Shown here in pieces: positions 12,323 to 21,400 of a stretch of DNA of 64,000 nt. The notes beneath the pieces were generated by a model, which was given only the letters and a program-made list of their open reading frames with translations, did no database searches and was not told where the DNA came from. The stretch is from Firmicutes bacterium CAG:884 (lineage in GTDB: Bacteria > Bacillota_I > Bacilli_A > RF39 > UBA660), in contig HF993346.1 in assembly GCA_000433875.1 (NCBI GenBank), positions 2,908-66,907 of the forward strand. The letters run 5' to 3'. Position 1 is the first letter of the stretch. Every line of letters starts with the position of its first letter. Position numbers and translations under genes: made by a program.

Positions 12323-12718
12323 ATGAAAAGAGGATTTACGGTTACGGAATTACTTGCAACTATTATAATAATTGGAATAATCGGCACAATTGGTGTTGTT
12401 GTATTTGATAATATTGTACATAATATGCGAATAAAAGCATTTAATGCTCAAAAGGAAAGTATTGTTTTATCAGCTGAAAAATGGTTAAAAGATAAAAGAG
12501 GAACAGATGATTTTCCTATCTTTGATGTTACTAACGATTATAAAGTGAATGTTACATTAAGTAAATTATTAAATGAAGAATTAATTGAAAAAGATTTGTG
12601 CAACCAAGAAGAAAGACTAAAGATTAATTATGATAATTCATATGTTGAAATTAAAGAAAATGGTAAAACATATGAATACAAACTTGTAATAAATAATACA
12701 AAGGAAGCGTGCAAATGA
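12323..12718 (+). CDS. Prepilin-type N-terminal cleavage/methylation domain protein (ComGC/pseudopilin-like)
   Basis: MKRG|FTVTELLATIIIIGIIGTIGVVVF is a class III signal peptide with G-1, F+1, E+5 and a hydrophobic helix. 131 aa. No comG/pil assembly genes are adjacent. Confidence 0.7.
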   Translation: MKRGFTVTELLATIIIIGIIGTIGVVVFDNIVHNMRIKAFNAQKESIVLSAEKWLKDKRGTDDFPIFDVTNDYKVNVTLSKLLNEELIEKDLCNQEERLKINYDNSYVEIKENGKTYEYKLVINNTKEACK

Positions 12719-13440
12719 TATATACATCAATAGAAAATGAACATATAAAAGAAATAAAAAAATTAAATAATAAAAAATATCGTGATTTAAATGGTAAGTT
12801 TATTATTGAAGGAAAACATTTAGTTGAAGAAGCCATTAAAAATAATTTGGTAGAAGAAATATTACTTTTAGAAGGAAATAATGAAAAATATGATGTTAAA
12901 ACTAATTATGTAAATGGAAAAGTAATGAAATATATAACAGAACTTGATAATCCATCTAAAATAATAGGTATTTGTCATAAGAAAAATGATAAAATACAAG
13001 GAAATCATATATTAATACTTGATGATATTCAAGATCCCGGTAATTTAGGAACAATAATTAGATCGGCTGTTGCTTTTAATATTGATACAATAATATTATC
13101 AAAAACAGGAGTTGATTTATATAATTCTAAAGTATTAAGATCTACACAAGGAATGATATTTAATATAAATATAGTAGTATCTGATATAAAAGAAGAAATA
13201 TTAAAATTAAAAAATGATAATTATAAAATACTTACAACTAATGTAGAAGGTGGAAAATTAGTAAAGTCTATTGAAAAAAATCAAAAATTTGCTATAATAA
13301 TTGGTAATGAAGGAAAAGGCGTTTCTAAAGAAATTAAAGAGTTAAGTGATGAGTATATTTATATAGAAATGAATAAAAAATGTGAAAGCTTAAATGCTGC
13401 GGTTGCAACAAGTATAATTTTGTATGAATTAAGTAGGTGA
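12709..13440 (+). CDS. TrmH/SpoU-family RNA 2'-O-methyltransferase (RlmB-like)
   Basis: SpoU motifs ILILDDIQDPGNLGTIIRSAVAFNIDTIILS, IIIGNEGKGVS and LNAAVATSIILYEL. Confidence 0.8.
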   Translation: MQMIYTSIENEHIKEIKKLNNKKYRDLNGKFIIEGKHLVEEAIKNNLVEEILLLEGNNEKYDVKTNYVNGKVMKYITELDNPSKIIGICHKKNDKIQGNHILILDDIQDPGNLGTIIRSAVAFNIDTIILSKTGVDLYNSKVLRSTQGMIFNINIVVSDIKEEILKLKNDNYKILTTNVEGGKLVKSIEKNQKFAIIIGNEGKGVSKEIKELSDEYIYIEMNKKCESLNAAVATSIILYELSR

Positions 13441-13445
13441 TTAAA

Positions 13446-13904
13446 ATGATATATGTAGGAAAAATAGTAAATACACACGGAATTAAAGGTGAATTAAGAA
13501 TTCTTTCAAACTTTAAATATAAAAATGAAATATTTAAAATTAATAATTTCCTATATATAGATAATATAAAATATCAAATAAGAACTTATAGAAAACATAA
13601 AAATTATGATATGGTAACATTAAATGATTATAACAATATAAATGATGTTTTATTTTTAAAGGGTAAACAAGTTTATTCATTAAGAGAATATGTTAAAGAA
13701 ATATTACCAGAAGATTTGATTGGTTATGATGTTATATATGAAGGAGTAAAACAAGGAAAAGTTAAATATATAATGCAAAATAAGGTTCAAGAAATATTAG
13801 TGACCGATACAAATAAAAAAATACTATTTTTAAAAGAATTTATTAATAATATAGATGATAATAAAAGGGAAATTGTTGTTGGAGGTGTGTTTGATGAGAA
13901 TTGA
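13446..13904 (+). CDS. rimM: 16S rRNA processing protein RimM
   Basis: YVGKIVNTHGIKGELRI is the RimM N-terminal signature. AGGTGA lies 5 nt before the ATG at 13446. Upstream of trmD, as in the conserved rimM-trmD operon. Confidence 0.8.
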   Translation: MIYVGKIVNTHGIKGELRILSNFKYKNEIFKINNFLYIDNIKYQIRTYRKHKNYDMVTLNDYNNINDVLFLKGKQVYSLREYVKEILPEDLIGYDVIYEGVKQGKVKYIMQNKVQEILVTDTNKKILFLKEFINNIDDNKREIVVGGVFDEN

Positions 13905-14577
13905 TATATTAAGTATATTTCCACACATGTTTGATGGATTTTTAAATGAATCTATAATAAAACGTGCGATTCAAAAGAAAATAGTAGAAATAAATATTCA
14001 TGATTTTCGCGAATTTTCAAAGGATCCTCATAAAAAAGTAGATGATTATCAATTTGGTGGTGGAGCTGGTATGATACTTATGCCAGAACCAATATATGAT
14101 TGTGTTGAGAGTATAAGAGATGATGATTCGTATATAATTTTAATGACGCCACAAGGTGTAAGTTATAATCAAAAGAAAGCTAATGAATTAAAACTAAAAA
14201 AACATTTAATTATAATATGTGGGCATTATGAAGGATTTGATGAAAGAATAAGGGCTTTAGCTGATCTTGAAGTTAGTATTGGTGATTATGTATTAACTGG
14301 TGGTGAATTACCAAGTATGGTTATAACTGATAGTATTGTTAGATTATTAGATGGTGCAATTAAAGAAGAATCAACGGAAACAGAATCATTTAATAATGGT
14401 TTACTTGATTATCCTGTATATACAAAACCAGTTAATTTTAGAGGAATGGAAGTTCCAAGTGTTTTATTGTCAGGACATCACGAAAATATAAAAAAATGGC
14501 GATATGAGGAAAGTTTAAAAAGGACTAAAGAGAGAAGACCAGACATATTAGAGGAGAAGACATATGGAGAACGTTAG
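13894..14577 (+). CDS. trmD: tRNA (guanine37-N1)-methyltransferase
   Basis: MRIDILSIFPHMF..., IIICGHYEGFDERI and LSGHHENI are TrmD signatures. GGAGGTG SD before the ATG at 13894. Confidence 0.9.
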   Translation: MRIDILSIFPHMFDGFLNESIIKRAIQKKIVEINIHDFREFSKDPHKKVDDYQFGGGAGMILMPEPIYDCVESIRDDDSYIILMTPQGVSYNQKKANELKLKKHLIIICGHYEGFDERIRALADLEVSIGDYVLTGGELPSMVITDSIVRLLDGAIKEESTETESFNNGLLDYPVYTKPVNFRGMEVPSVLLSGHHENIKKWRYEESLKRTKERRPDILEEKTYGER

Positions 14578-15004
14578 ATATTTGTTAGTAAAAGATAAAA
14601 AAGAAGAGAGTTTAGAGACAGATTTAAAGAAAATACCAGGATTTGTTTTTAATCCTCAAAACAATATAAAATATGATGGTATATTAGTGGATGAGGTTAA
14701 ATTAACTAAACCGGAATTAATTGAAAAAATACTTAAGAAAAAAATTAAAAGAAAATTAGCAATGTATACACAATTAATAATTGAATTAATTGAATCAAGT
14801 GATGAAGATGATGGAACAATTGATATTGTTTTAAATGATTTAGAAAGATATAAAAGAGTAATTAGTAATAATTATAGAGTATATTTGAGTAAAAAATATT
14901 TGGATTTATTAGATAAAAAAATTGAATTACTTGAAAATGAACTTAAAACAAAACAAATGTTTTTGAAATTGAATGTCGAAGAAAAAAAGGGTAAGGCGAG
15001 ATAA
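14564..15004 (+). CDS. Hypothetical protein (Lys/Glu-rich, predicted helical)
   Basis: 146-aa ORF whose start overlaps the trmD end. No recognisable motif. Confidence 0.4.
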   Translation: MENVRYLLVKDKKEESLETDLKKIPGFVFNPQNNIKYDGILVDEVKLTKPELIEKILKKKIKRKLAMYTQLIIELIESSDEDDGTIDIVLNDLERYKRVISNNYRVYLSKKYLDLLDKKIELLENELKTKQMFLKLNVEEKKGKAR

Positions 15005-15414
15005 TGAAAGATAATTCGTTTGCATATGTTATATTAGCGCTTATTATTCTTGTCGGTTCTATCATTGTAGCATTTTTAGTTCCTGAAAAAAAGGAAGAAT
15101 ACAATATTATAACAACTATAAATGGTACTAAATATGAAGCAATAATTTATACAAATAATGTAGTTGCAGTTGGTTTTCATAGATGTATTGGAAATAATTG
15201 TTTTAATGAAACAAAAGAATATAAATATTCTAAAGAAGTTATGAATGAACTTAGAAATATGATTAAAAGTTTTGATAATGATTTTGTAGAATATGATAAG
15301 GATGAGATATATAATATTTTAATTTATGATACAAATACAGATAAAGCATTATATGATCCTGATAGTTATGAATTAATTAATTTAACAAATAGATTGATTT
15401 TAGGACAAAAATAA
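15004..15414 (+). CDS. Hypothetical membrane-anchored protein
   Basis: 136 aa. One N-terminal TM segment (FAYVILALIILVGSIIVAFLV). Start overlaps the previous stop (ATAATG). Confidence 0.45.
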   Translation: MKDNSFAYVILALIILVGSIIVAFLVPEKKEEYNIITTINGTKYEAIIYTNNVVAVGFHRCIGNNCFNETKEYKYSKEVMNELRNMIKSFDNDFVEYDKDEIYNILIYDTNTDKALYDPDSYELINLTNRLILGQK

Positions 15415-15471
15415 ATATACAAAAATTGTATATTTTTTTGTTATTTTATCATAACTAGATTAGGAGGAAAT

Positions 15472-16248
15472 ATGGCACGTCATAAAGTTGAGATTGCGAA
15501 TGTAAATACAGCAAATATTAAAGTATTAACTAATGAAGAAATGAAAGAACTATTTTTAAAAATGCAGATGGGAGATGAAAACGCTAGAAAAGAATTAATT
15601 GAAGGTAATTTAAAACTTGTACTTTCTATTTTAAAAAAATATAATAATCGAACAGATAATATGGATGATTTATTTCAAATTGGAACAGTTGGACTAATTA
15701 AAGCTATTAATAATTTTGATTTATCACACGAAGTTAAGTTTTCAACATATGCTGTTCCAATGATATTAGGAGAAGTGAAAAGGTATTTAAGAGATAGTAA
15801 TAGTATTAGAGTTGCGCGTTCAGTTAAAGATTTAGCATATAAAATATTAAAAGTAAAAGAAGAATTAATAAGGAAAAATGAAAAAGAACCAACTGTTAAA
15901 GAAATAGCAGATGAATTAAAGGTATCGGAATATGAGGTTTGTAATGCTCTTAATTCAATGAAAGACACCATAAGTATATTTGAACCCGTTTATACAGATG
16001 GTGGAGATCCGATATATTTGTTTGATCAATTGGAAGATAAAAGAGGAAATACTTATTCAAAAGAAACTTTACTTGCTTTGAAAGAAGCGTTAAAAAAAAT
16101 AAAAGAAAAAGAAAAATATATTTTATTAAAAAGATTTGTTGTTGGCAAAACGCAAACAGAACTTGCGGAAGAACTTGGAATATCACAAGCCCAAATATCA
16201 AGATTAGAACATATGGGAATTAGGCACATTAAACGATTAATTGAATAG
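15472..16248 (+). CDS. sigG: Sporulation-type sigma-70 family sigma factor (SigG/SigF-like)
   Basis: 258 aa. Near-collinear with B. subtilis SigG: HKVEI...LTNEEMKELF...GDENARKELIEGNLKLVLSIL...DDLFQIGTVGLIKAINNFDLSHEVKFSTYAVPMILGEVKRYLRD...GKTQTELAEELGISQAQISRLE. AGGAGGA SD. Confidence 0.8.
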   Translation: MARHKVEIANVNTANIKVLTNEEMKELFLKMQMGDENARKELIEGNLKLVLSILKKYNNRTDNMDDLFQIGTVGLIKAINNFDLSHEVKFSTYAVPMILGEVKRYLRDSNSIRVARSVKDLAYKILKVKEELIRKNEKEPTVKEIADELKVSEYEVCNALNSMKDTISIFEPVYTDGGDPIYLFDQLEDKRGNTYSKETLLALKEALKKIKEKEKYILLKRFVVGKTQTELAEELGISQAQISRLEHMGIRHIKRLIE

Positions 16249-16267
16249 AATATTATAGAGGTGTTAT

Positions 16268-16489
16268 ATGAGGTTATCGGATTTGCAAGATAAAGATATA
16301 GTAAATATAAGTGATGGCAAAAAAATTGGAAGTATAATAGATGTAAATATAGATGAAGAAGGTTCAATGAAAAGTTTGGTTGTTGAAGAAAGTAAATTTA
16401 CCTTATTTAATAACAAAAATGAAATGGAAGTTTTATGGAAACAAATTGAAAAAATTGGCGAAGATGTAATTTTGGTAAAAATAGACTAG
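16268..16489 (+). CDS. ylmC: YlmC/YmxH-family PRC-barrel protein
   Basis: 73 aa; MRLSDLQDKDIVNISDGKKIGSIIDVNIDEEG matches the YlmC/YmxH sporulation-associated PRC-barrel family. Confidence 0.75.
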   Translation: MRLSDLQDKDIVNISDGKKIGSIIDVNIDEEGSMKSLVVEESKFTLFNNKNEMEVLWKQIEKIGEDVILVKID

Positions 16490-16532
16490 TTATTAAAAAT
16501 AAATTATGATATAATATGTAAGGTGATAAAAA

Positions 16533-17333
16533 TTGAAACGCTTAATTATATCATTTTTTTTGATTATTTTTATTGGTTTATTCTTTTTTTTACTATATAA
16601 TCAGAATAAAATAAAAGAATATGAAAAAACATATTCATATTTTGATGGTATAAATATTAAATTATATACTAATAAAAATTGCAATAAAATATTTGATAAA
16701 ATAGAAGATATTTTAATAAATTATGATAAAAATAAATTATTAGAATATGGAATAAGTGTTAATTCTAAAACAAAAGGATTTGTTAATATATATAAAGGAA
16801 GTATTCAAAATATATATAAAGATTCGAAAATTAAAAGTGTTAAACCAATTTATAAAGATAATAATGAAATAAGTTATGATTTAATTATAAAATCATATTT
16901 AATAAATGAAATAAAAGAATGTTTGGAAAAAAACAAAATATATTCTTATTTAATAAATATGAAAGATAATTATTTGCTCGGTGATAGTAAAGGAAGGAAA
17001 TTTACATTCGCACTTGAAAAACCATTTACGGATGATTATTTATTATTTTTAGATTTAAATAATACAGCAATTTCAACTGTTGGTCCATATTTAAATTATT
17101 ATGTAGCAGATAACAATCTTTATCACAATTTAATAAATCCGAATACACTAAAACAAGAAAACAATTATAAAAGTGTAACGGTAATTACTGAAAGTCCATT
17201 AGATGCTCAGATGCTTGCAAATTATTTGTATTTTTTAAGTATTGAAGATGGTAAAAAGATTCTTGATAAGTATAATGCGGAAGCAATATGGTATACTAAT
17301 GATGATAAATTAGAAAAATATCCACGAAAATAG
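16533..17333 (+). CDS. Membrane-anchored ApbE-like (FAD:protein FMN transferase family) protein, divergent
   Basis: TTG start with an AAGGTGA SD and an N-terminal TM segment. The C-terminal half (AISTVGPYLNYY..YHNLINPNT...SVTVITESPLDAQMLANYLYFLS) resembles the ApbE core (AISTSGDYER..HHIIDP.TG...SVTVIA...ADALATA). Shorter than typical ApbE. Confidence 0.45.
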   Translation: MKRLIISFFLIIFIGLFFFLLYNQNKIKEYEKTYSYFDGINIKLYTNKNCNKIFDKIEDILINYDKNKLLEYGISVNSKTKGFVNIYKGSIQNIYKDSKIKSVKPIYKDNNEISYDLIIKSYLINEIKECLEKNKIYSYLINMKDNYLLGDSKGRKFTFALEKPFTDDYLLFLDLNNTAISTVGPYLNYYVADNNLYHNLINPNTLKQENNYKSVTVITESPLDAQMLANYLYFLSIEDGKKILDKYNAEAIWYTNDDKLEKYPRK

Positions 17334-17347
17334 AAAGTTGGAAATAA

Positions 17348-18514
17348 ATGAAGTACCTTTTTTATATAACATACATCCTATATATTTTCTTTAAAACATT
17401 ACATATAACAAATAATAAAAAAAATGTCGAAATAGATGTTATCTATTTACTTTTTTATTTAATTGAATTAGTCTTTAAAACAGAAGTATATTTTATATTT
17501 AGTTTATTAAATATTACTTTTATGATGTATTATAATAAAAGACAAATTAAAAAGTTTACACCAGTTTTATATCAAACTATAATAACTTATATATTTATAG
17601 TTATAATCTTTAAACCATCAATACTTGGAACTATTTTATTATCTATTTTTGATAGAAATATTATAGTGTTTTATAGAAAATTAGATAGAAAAATAAATGA
17701 AATTAAATATAAAAAGAAAATATGCCTAGATAATTTAATTTTGATTCAAACAGATTATAAAGAAGAAGTTAAATCTTTTTTAGCGTTTAGACCAGATGTT
17801 ATTGTTATTTCTAATGAACAAAAAATATATAAAGAATTAAGTAAAAAATTAGATAAGTTTACAAAAATTATTGTTGCTAATAATAACGAATTGAATATTA
17901 AAAATGTTATTTATTTTGATAATAATAAAATAAATGATTTAAATATTAATGAAATTATAAAAAATATTAAATATAAAGATAATAAGAGTATTATTACTTA
18001 TAAAGTCGATGGTAAAAGACATACTCTTACGACTAATTTGATAAGTTATGATGAGAATGTAATGGCTTTATCATTATATTTCTTAGGTTTTTATTTAAAA
18101 TTAAATGATTCAGATATTAGAAGATGTTTAAATAATTTAAAATCTAAAAAAATAACGATTTCGAAAATGGATGATGGTATTTTAATAAGCAATATTAAGT
18201 GTTTGAATAAAGAAAATCATTATGAAGGTTTAAAATTAATAAATGCTTATAAAGGTAATAAAATAATTGTAACAGGTGGTATTAAGAATGCTGATGAAAA
18301 AACTAATTTTGAGTTTAGTGATAATTTAGTTAAAAACTTTAAATATATTATTTTACTTAATACTACTTGGATGCCATTAATTTATGAAAAATTGATTGAA
18401 CATAATTATGATAGAAATAAAATATATATAATAGAAAATTTGGAGGAGTATCAAAAAATAATTAGCATATTAAAAAATAAAAAAACATATATACTACTAG
18501 ATAGTGACATATAG
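17348..18514 (+). CDS. MurF-like (Mur ligase central + C-terminal domain) protein lacking the P-loop; N-terminal TM segments
   Basis: 388 aa. The first ~100 residues are hydrophobic. The remainder is collinear with MurF: LAFRPDVIVISN ~ LTRPEAALVNN; NLISYDENVMALSLYFLG ~ GRHNVSNALAAAALAL; ILISNIKCLN ~ LLDDSYNAN; YKGNKIIVTGGIKNAD ~ MPGYRVLVVGDMAELG. No GxxGK[TS] Walker A motif is visible. Immediately upstream of murE. Confidence 0.5.
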   Translation: MKYLFYITYILYIFFKTLHITNNKKNVEIDVIYLLFYLIELVFKTEVYFIFSLLNITFMMYYNKRQIKKFTPVLYQTIITYIFIVIIFKPSILGTILLSIFDRNIIVFYRKLDRKINEIKYKKKICLDNLILIQTDYKEEVKSFLAFRPDVIVISNEQKIYKELSKKLDKFTKIIVANNNELNIKNVIYFDNNKINDLNINEIIKNIKYKDNKSIITYKVDGKRHTLTTNLISYDENVMALSLYFLGFYLKLNDSDIRRCLNNLKSKKITISKMDDGILISNIKCLNKENHYEGLKLINAYKGNKIIVTGGIKNADEKTNFEFSDNLVKNFKYIILLNTTWMPLIYEKLIEHNYDRNKIYIIENLEEYQKIISILKNKKTYILLDSDI

Positions 18515-18522
18515 GAGGAAAT

Positions 18523-19851
18523 GTGTTAAAAAAAGATTCTAGGAAAATTGTTTGTGGTGATACTTATGTTGATACAAGTGGTAATAATGAGTATGTGTTT
18601 GATGCTGTTAAAAATGGGGCTGTAGAGGTTATTTCTAAGCAAAAATATGATGATAAAACAATTGTTGTAGAAGATCCGAAGAAATATTATAATAATTATA
18701 TTTATAATAAGTATTATGATAGTATTAAAGATTTAAAATTGATTGGTGTTACGGGTACTAATGGAAAAACAACAATTAGTTATATAATTTATCAGTTATT
18801 GAATAAAATGAATGTTAGATGTGCTTATATAGGTACAATTGGTTTTTATAAGTGTGGTATTGTTAAAGAGTTAAATAATACAACTCCTGATATTGATGAA
18901 TTGTATGAGTATTTATATGAGTGTTCTTGCGATAATATTGAATATGTTGTTATGGAGGTTTCAAGTCATTCTTTAGTGCAAGATAGAGTTTATGGGTTAA
19001 AATATGATGCTGCTATTTTTACTAACTTAACAGAAGATCATTTAGATTATCATAAAACAATGGATGATTATAAGAAGGCTAAACAAAAATTGTTTGGTAT
19101 GCTTAGAAATAGTCGCTATGCAATTATTAATTCTGATGATAAATATTATCGTGATTTTATGTTTGAAAATAATTATAATGTAACTGTCGGTAAATATGGT
19201 AATTTTAGAATAAAGGATGTAAAATTGAATCAATCATCAATTGATATTGTGTTTGATTATAAGAAAGAATATCATAAATCAATTAATATGGTTGGTAAAT
19301 ATAATGCTTATAATTATTTAGAGGCTGTTTTGTCTTTAGTTTGTTTGGGGTTTGATTTGGAAGAGTTATTAAAACTTGATGTAGAGGCTCCGCCTGGAAG
19401 AATGTATATAGTTAATTATAAAACAAATACAATATTTATTGATTATGCTCATACACCGGATGCAATGGAAAATGTTTTGAAAAGTGTTAAGTGTTTCTGT
19501 AAGAATAAAATAATTACGATTTTTGGTTGTGGTGGTAATAGAGAGAAAACTAAGAGAAGCATTATGGGTGATATTGCAACAAGGTATTCTGATTTCGTTA
19601 TTATTACTAATGATAATCCTAGATATGAAGAGGAAGATGATATAATTAATGATATTGCAAAGGGAATAAGTAAAAGTAATTATGAGATAATAAAAGATAG
19701 GGAAGATGCAATTAAAAAGGGTATAGGTTATTTAGAAAATAATGATATTTTATTGGTTTTAGGAAAGGGACACGAAAATTATCAAATAATTGGTTCTAAT
19801 AAAATACATTTTGATGATTTAGAAATTGTAAAAAAATATGTAAATTTTTAA
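18523..19851 (+). CDS. murE: UDP-N-acetylmuramoyl-L-alanyl-D-glutamate--2,6-diaminopimelate ligase
   Basis: P-loop GVTGTNGKTT, DYAHTPDAMENVL, and a DNPR motif (ITNDNPR) that is characteristic of meso-DAP-adding MurE. GTG start with an AGGAGGA SD. Confidence 0.85.
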   Translation: MLKKDSRKIVCGDTYVDTSGNNEYVFDAVKNGAVEVISKQKYDDKTIVVEDPKKYYNNYIYNKYYDSIKDLKLIGVTGTNGKTTISYIIYQLLNKMNVRCAYIGTIGFYKCGIVKELNNTTPDIDELYEYLYECSCDNIEYVVMEVSSHSLVQDRVYGLKYDAAIFTNLTEDHLDYHKTMDDYKKAKQKLFGMLRNSRYAIINSDDKYYRDFMFENNYNVTVGKYGNFRIKDVKLNQSSIDIVFDYKKEYHKSINMVGKYNAYNYLEAVLSLVCLGFDLEELLKLDVEAPPGRMYIVNYKTNTIFIDYAHTPDAMENVLKSVKCFCKNKIITIFGCGGNREKTKRSIMGDIATRYSDFVIITNDNPRYEEEDDIINDIAKGISKSNYEIIKDREDAIKKGIGYLENNDILLVLGKGHENYQIIGSNKIHFDDLEIVKKYVNF

Positions 19852-19980
19852 AAAATACTTGATTTTTGATATAAGAATATGATAATATTTTCAAGGTGCT
19901 TAAATATGTGTGAAACAAATCTAAAAAAAAGTCATTCATTTTCTAAACAAATAACTATTTGTTTCGCTTTTAAGTCCATT

Positions 19981-20012
19981 AAAAATACTAATTGTTTTTA
20001 GTATTTTTTTTG
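19981..20012 (+). terminator. Rho-independent terminator after murE
   Basis: aaaatactaattgtttttagtattttttttg: stem aaatacta/tagtattt followed by a T-run. Confidence 0.55.
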
Positions 20013-20043
20013 TACCCAAAATTATTTTTTAAAGGAGGTATAA

Positions 20044-21303
20044 ATGAAAAATAATTTGATTTTGGATGTAAGTGATGTACCAACACCTGGTAAATGGATA
20101 ATACTTGCATTACAACATGTTGCAGCTATGTTTGGAGCTACCATACTTGTTCCGATACTCGTAAATAGTATGGCTGGAAGTGAGGTACTTACAATACCTG
20201 TTGCATTATTTACATCTGGTTGTGGAACAATAATATATATAATATGTACAAAAGGTAAATCGCCTGTTTATTTAGGAAGTTCATTTGCATTTATAACGCC
20301 AATGGCTGTTGGATTTGCATCTGCTGGAACTGGTGGAGTTTTAACTGGTATAATGGCTGTTGGAATTCTATATATGTTAGTTGCTTTAATAATTAAAATT
20401 GTAGGGAAGAATTGGCTTGAGAAAATGCTTCCACCTATAATAGTTGGTCCAATGATAATGATAATTGGTTTGGGGCTTGCTCCTTCAGCTGTTTCACAAA
20501 TGGGTTTAACAGAGAGTGTTAATCTAAAAAGTATAATTGTTATTTTGGTTACTTTTTTAACTACTGCAATTGTAGCATTAAAGGGTAAAGGATTTTTGAA
20601 ATTAATTCCTTTTATATTAGGAATATTATCTGGGTATGTTGTTTCTATGTTATTTGGTTTAGTTGATTTTACCCAAATTAAAAATGCTTCTTATTTAAGC
20701 GTTCCAAAGTTTGTGCTACCATTTTTAAGTTATAAAATTAATTTTGGAGCGATTATAACAATATTACCTGTTGCGCTTGTTACTATTGCTGAACATATAG
20801 GTGATCATACAGTTTTAGGTGAAATAATTGGTAAAGATTTAATAAAGGATCCAGGATTAGATAGAACTTTACTTGGTGATGGTTTAGCGACATTTGTAGC
20901 TGGTTCATTAGGAGGACCTGCTAATACAACATATGGTGAAAATACGAGTGTAGTAGGTATGACAAAAGTTGCATCTGTTAAAGTTATAATGCTTGCGGCT
21001 ATATTTGCGATTATCATATCGTTTTTGGGCAAATTGACTGCTATTTTTAGTACAATTCCAAGTATTGTTCTTGGTAGTATATCTCTGCTTTTATATGGAT
21101 TTATAAGCGTTAATGGGTTACTTGTTATTGTTAAAAATAAACTTGACTTTTCAAAAACAAGAAATGTTATAATATGTGCTAGTATGTTAGTTTTAGGTCT
21201 TGGTGGTGCGGTTTTAAAGATAGGTAGTTTAAGTATCACAGGTATGAGTTTGGCAGCTATAGTTGGTATTCTCTTAAATATATTTTTGCCAAAAGAAGAT
21301 TAA
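20044..21303 (+). CDS. NCS2-family nucleobase permease (uracil/xanthine permease)
   Basis: 419 aa, ~12 TM segments. NCS2 motifs include GATILVPILV, LGLAPSAVSQ and the TYGENTSVVGMTKVAS region. AAGGAGG SD. Confidence 0.8.
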   Translation: MKNNLILDVSDVPTPGKWIILALQHVAAMFGATILVPILVNSMAGSEVLTIPVALFTSGCGTIIYIICTKGKSPVYLGSSFAFITPMAVGFASAGTGGVLTGIMAVGILYMLVALIIKIVGKNWLEKMLPPIIVGPMIMIIGLGLAPSAVSQMGLTESVNLKSIIVILVTFLTTAIVALKGKGFLKLIPFILGILSGYVVSMLFGLVDFTQIKNASYLSVPKFVLPFLSYKINFGAIITILPVALVTIAEHIGDHTVLGEIIGKDLIKDPGLDRTLLGDGLATFVAGSLGGPANTTYGENTSVVGMTKVASVKVIMLAAIFAIIISFLGKLTAIFSTIPSIVLGSISLLLYGFISVNGLLVIVKNKLDFSKTRNVIICASMLVLGLGGAVLKIGSLSITGMSLAAIVGILLNIFLPKED

Positions 21304-21312
21304 AAAATATTA

Positions 21313-21400
21313 TTTTATGCAAAAATGCACAATATTCTCGAAATACTGTGCATTTTTATATTTTTTGATGTCTTTTTGCACAATGATTGTGCATTTTTTT
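21313..21400. repeat. ~90-bp repeat module, copy 1 (hairpin A + palindrome B), downstream of fic
   Basis: The 39-nt segment aaaaatgcacaatattctcgaaatactgtgcatttttat is identical to 22539..22577. The perfect palindrome tgcacaatgattgtgca corresponds to tgcacaatcattgtgca at 22584..22600. Each hairpin is flanked by A/T runs. Confidence 0.8.

Noticed and set aside
19852-20043. PyrR-binding loop or purine riboswitch upstream of the NCS2 permease
   Set aside because: No AGUCCAGAGAGGCU-like PyrR motif, and no purine-riboswitch core (UAUA...GGGAUAUGGCCC...CCGUAAAU). The only structure is the murE terminator hairpin.
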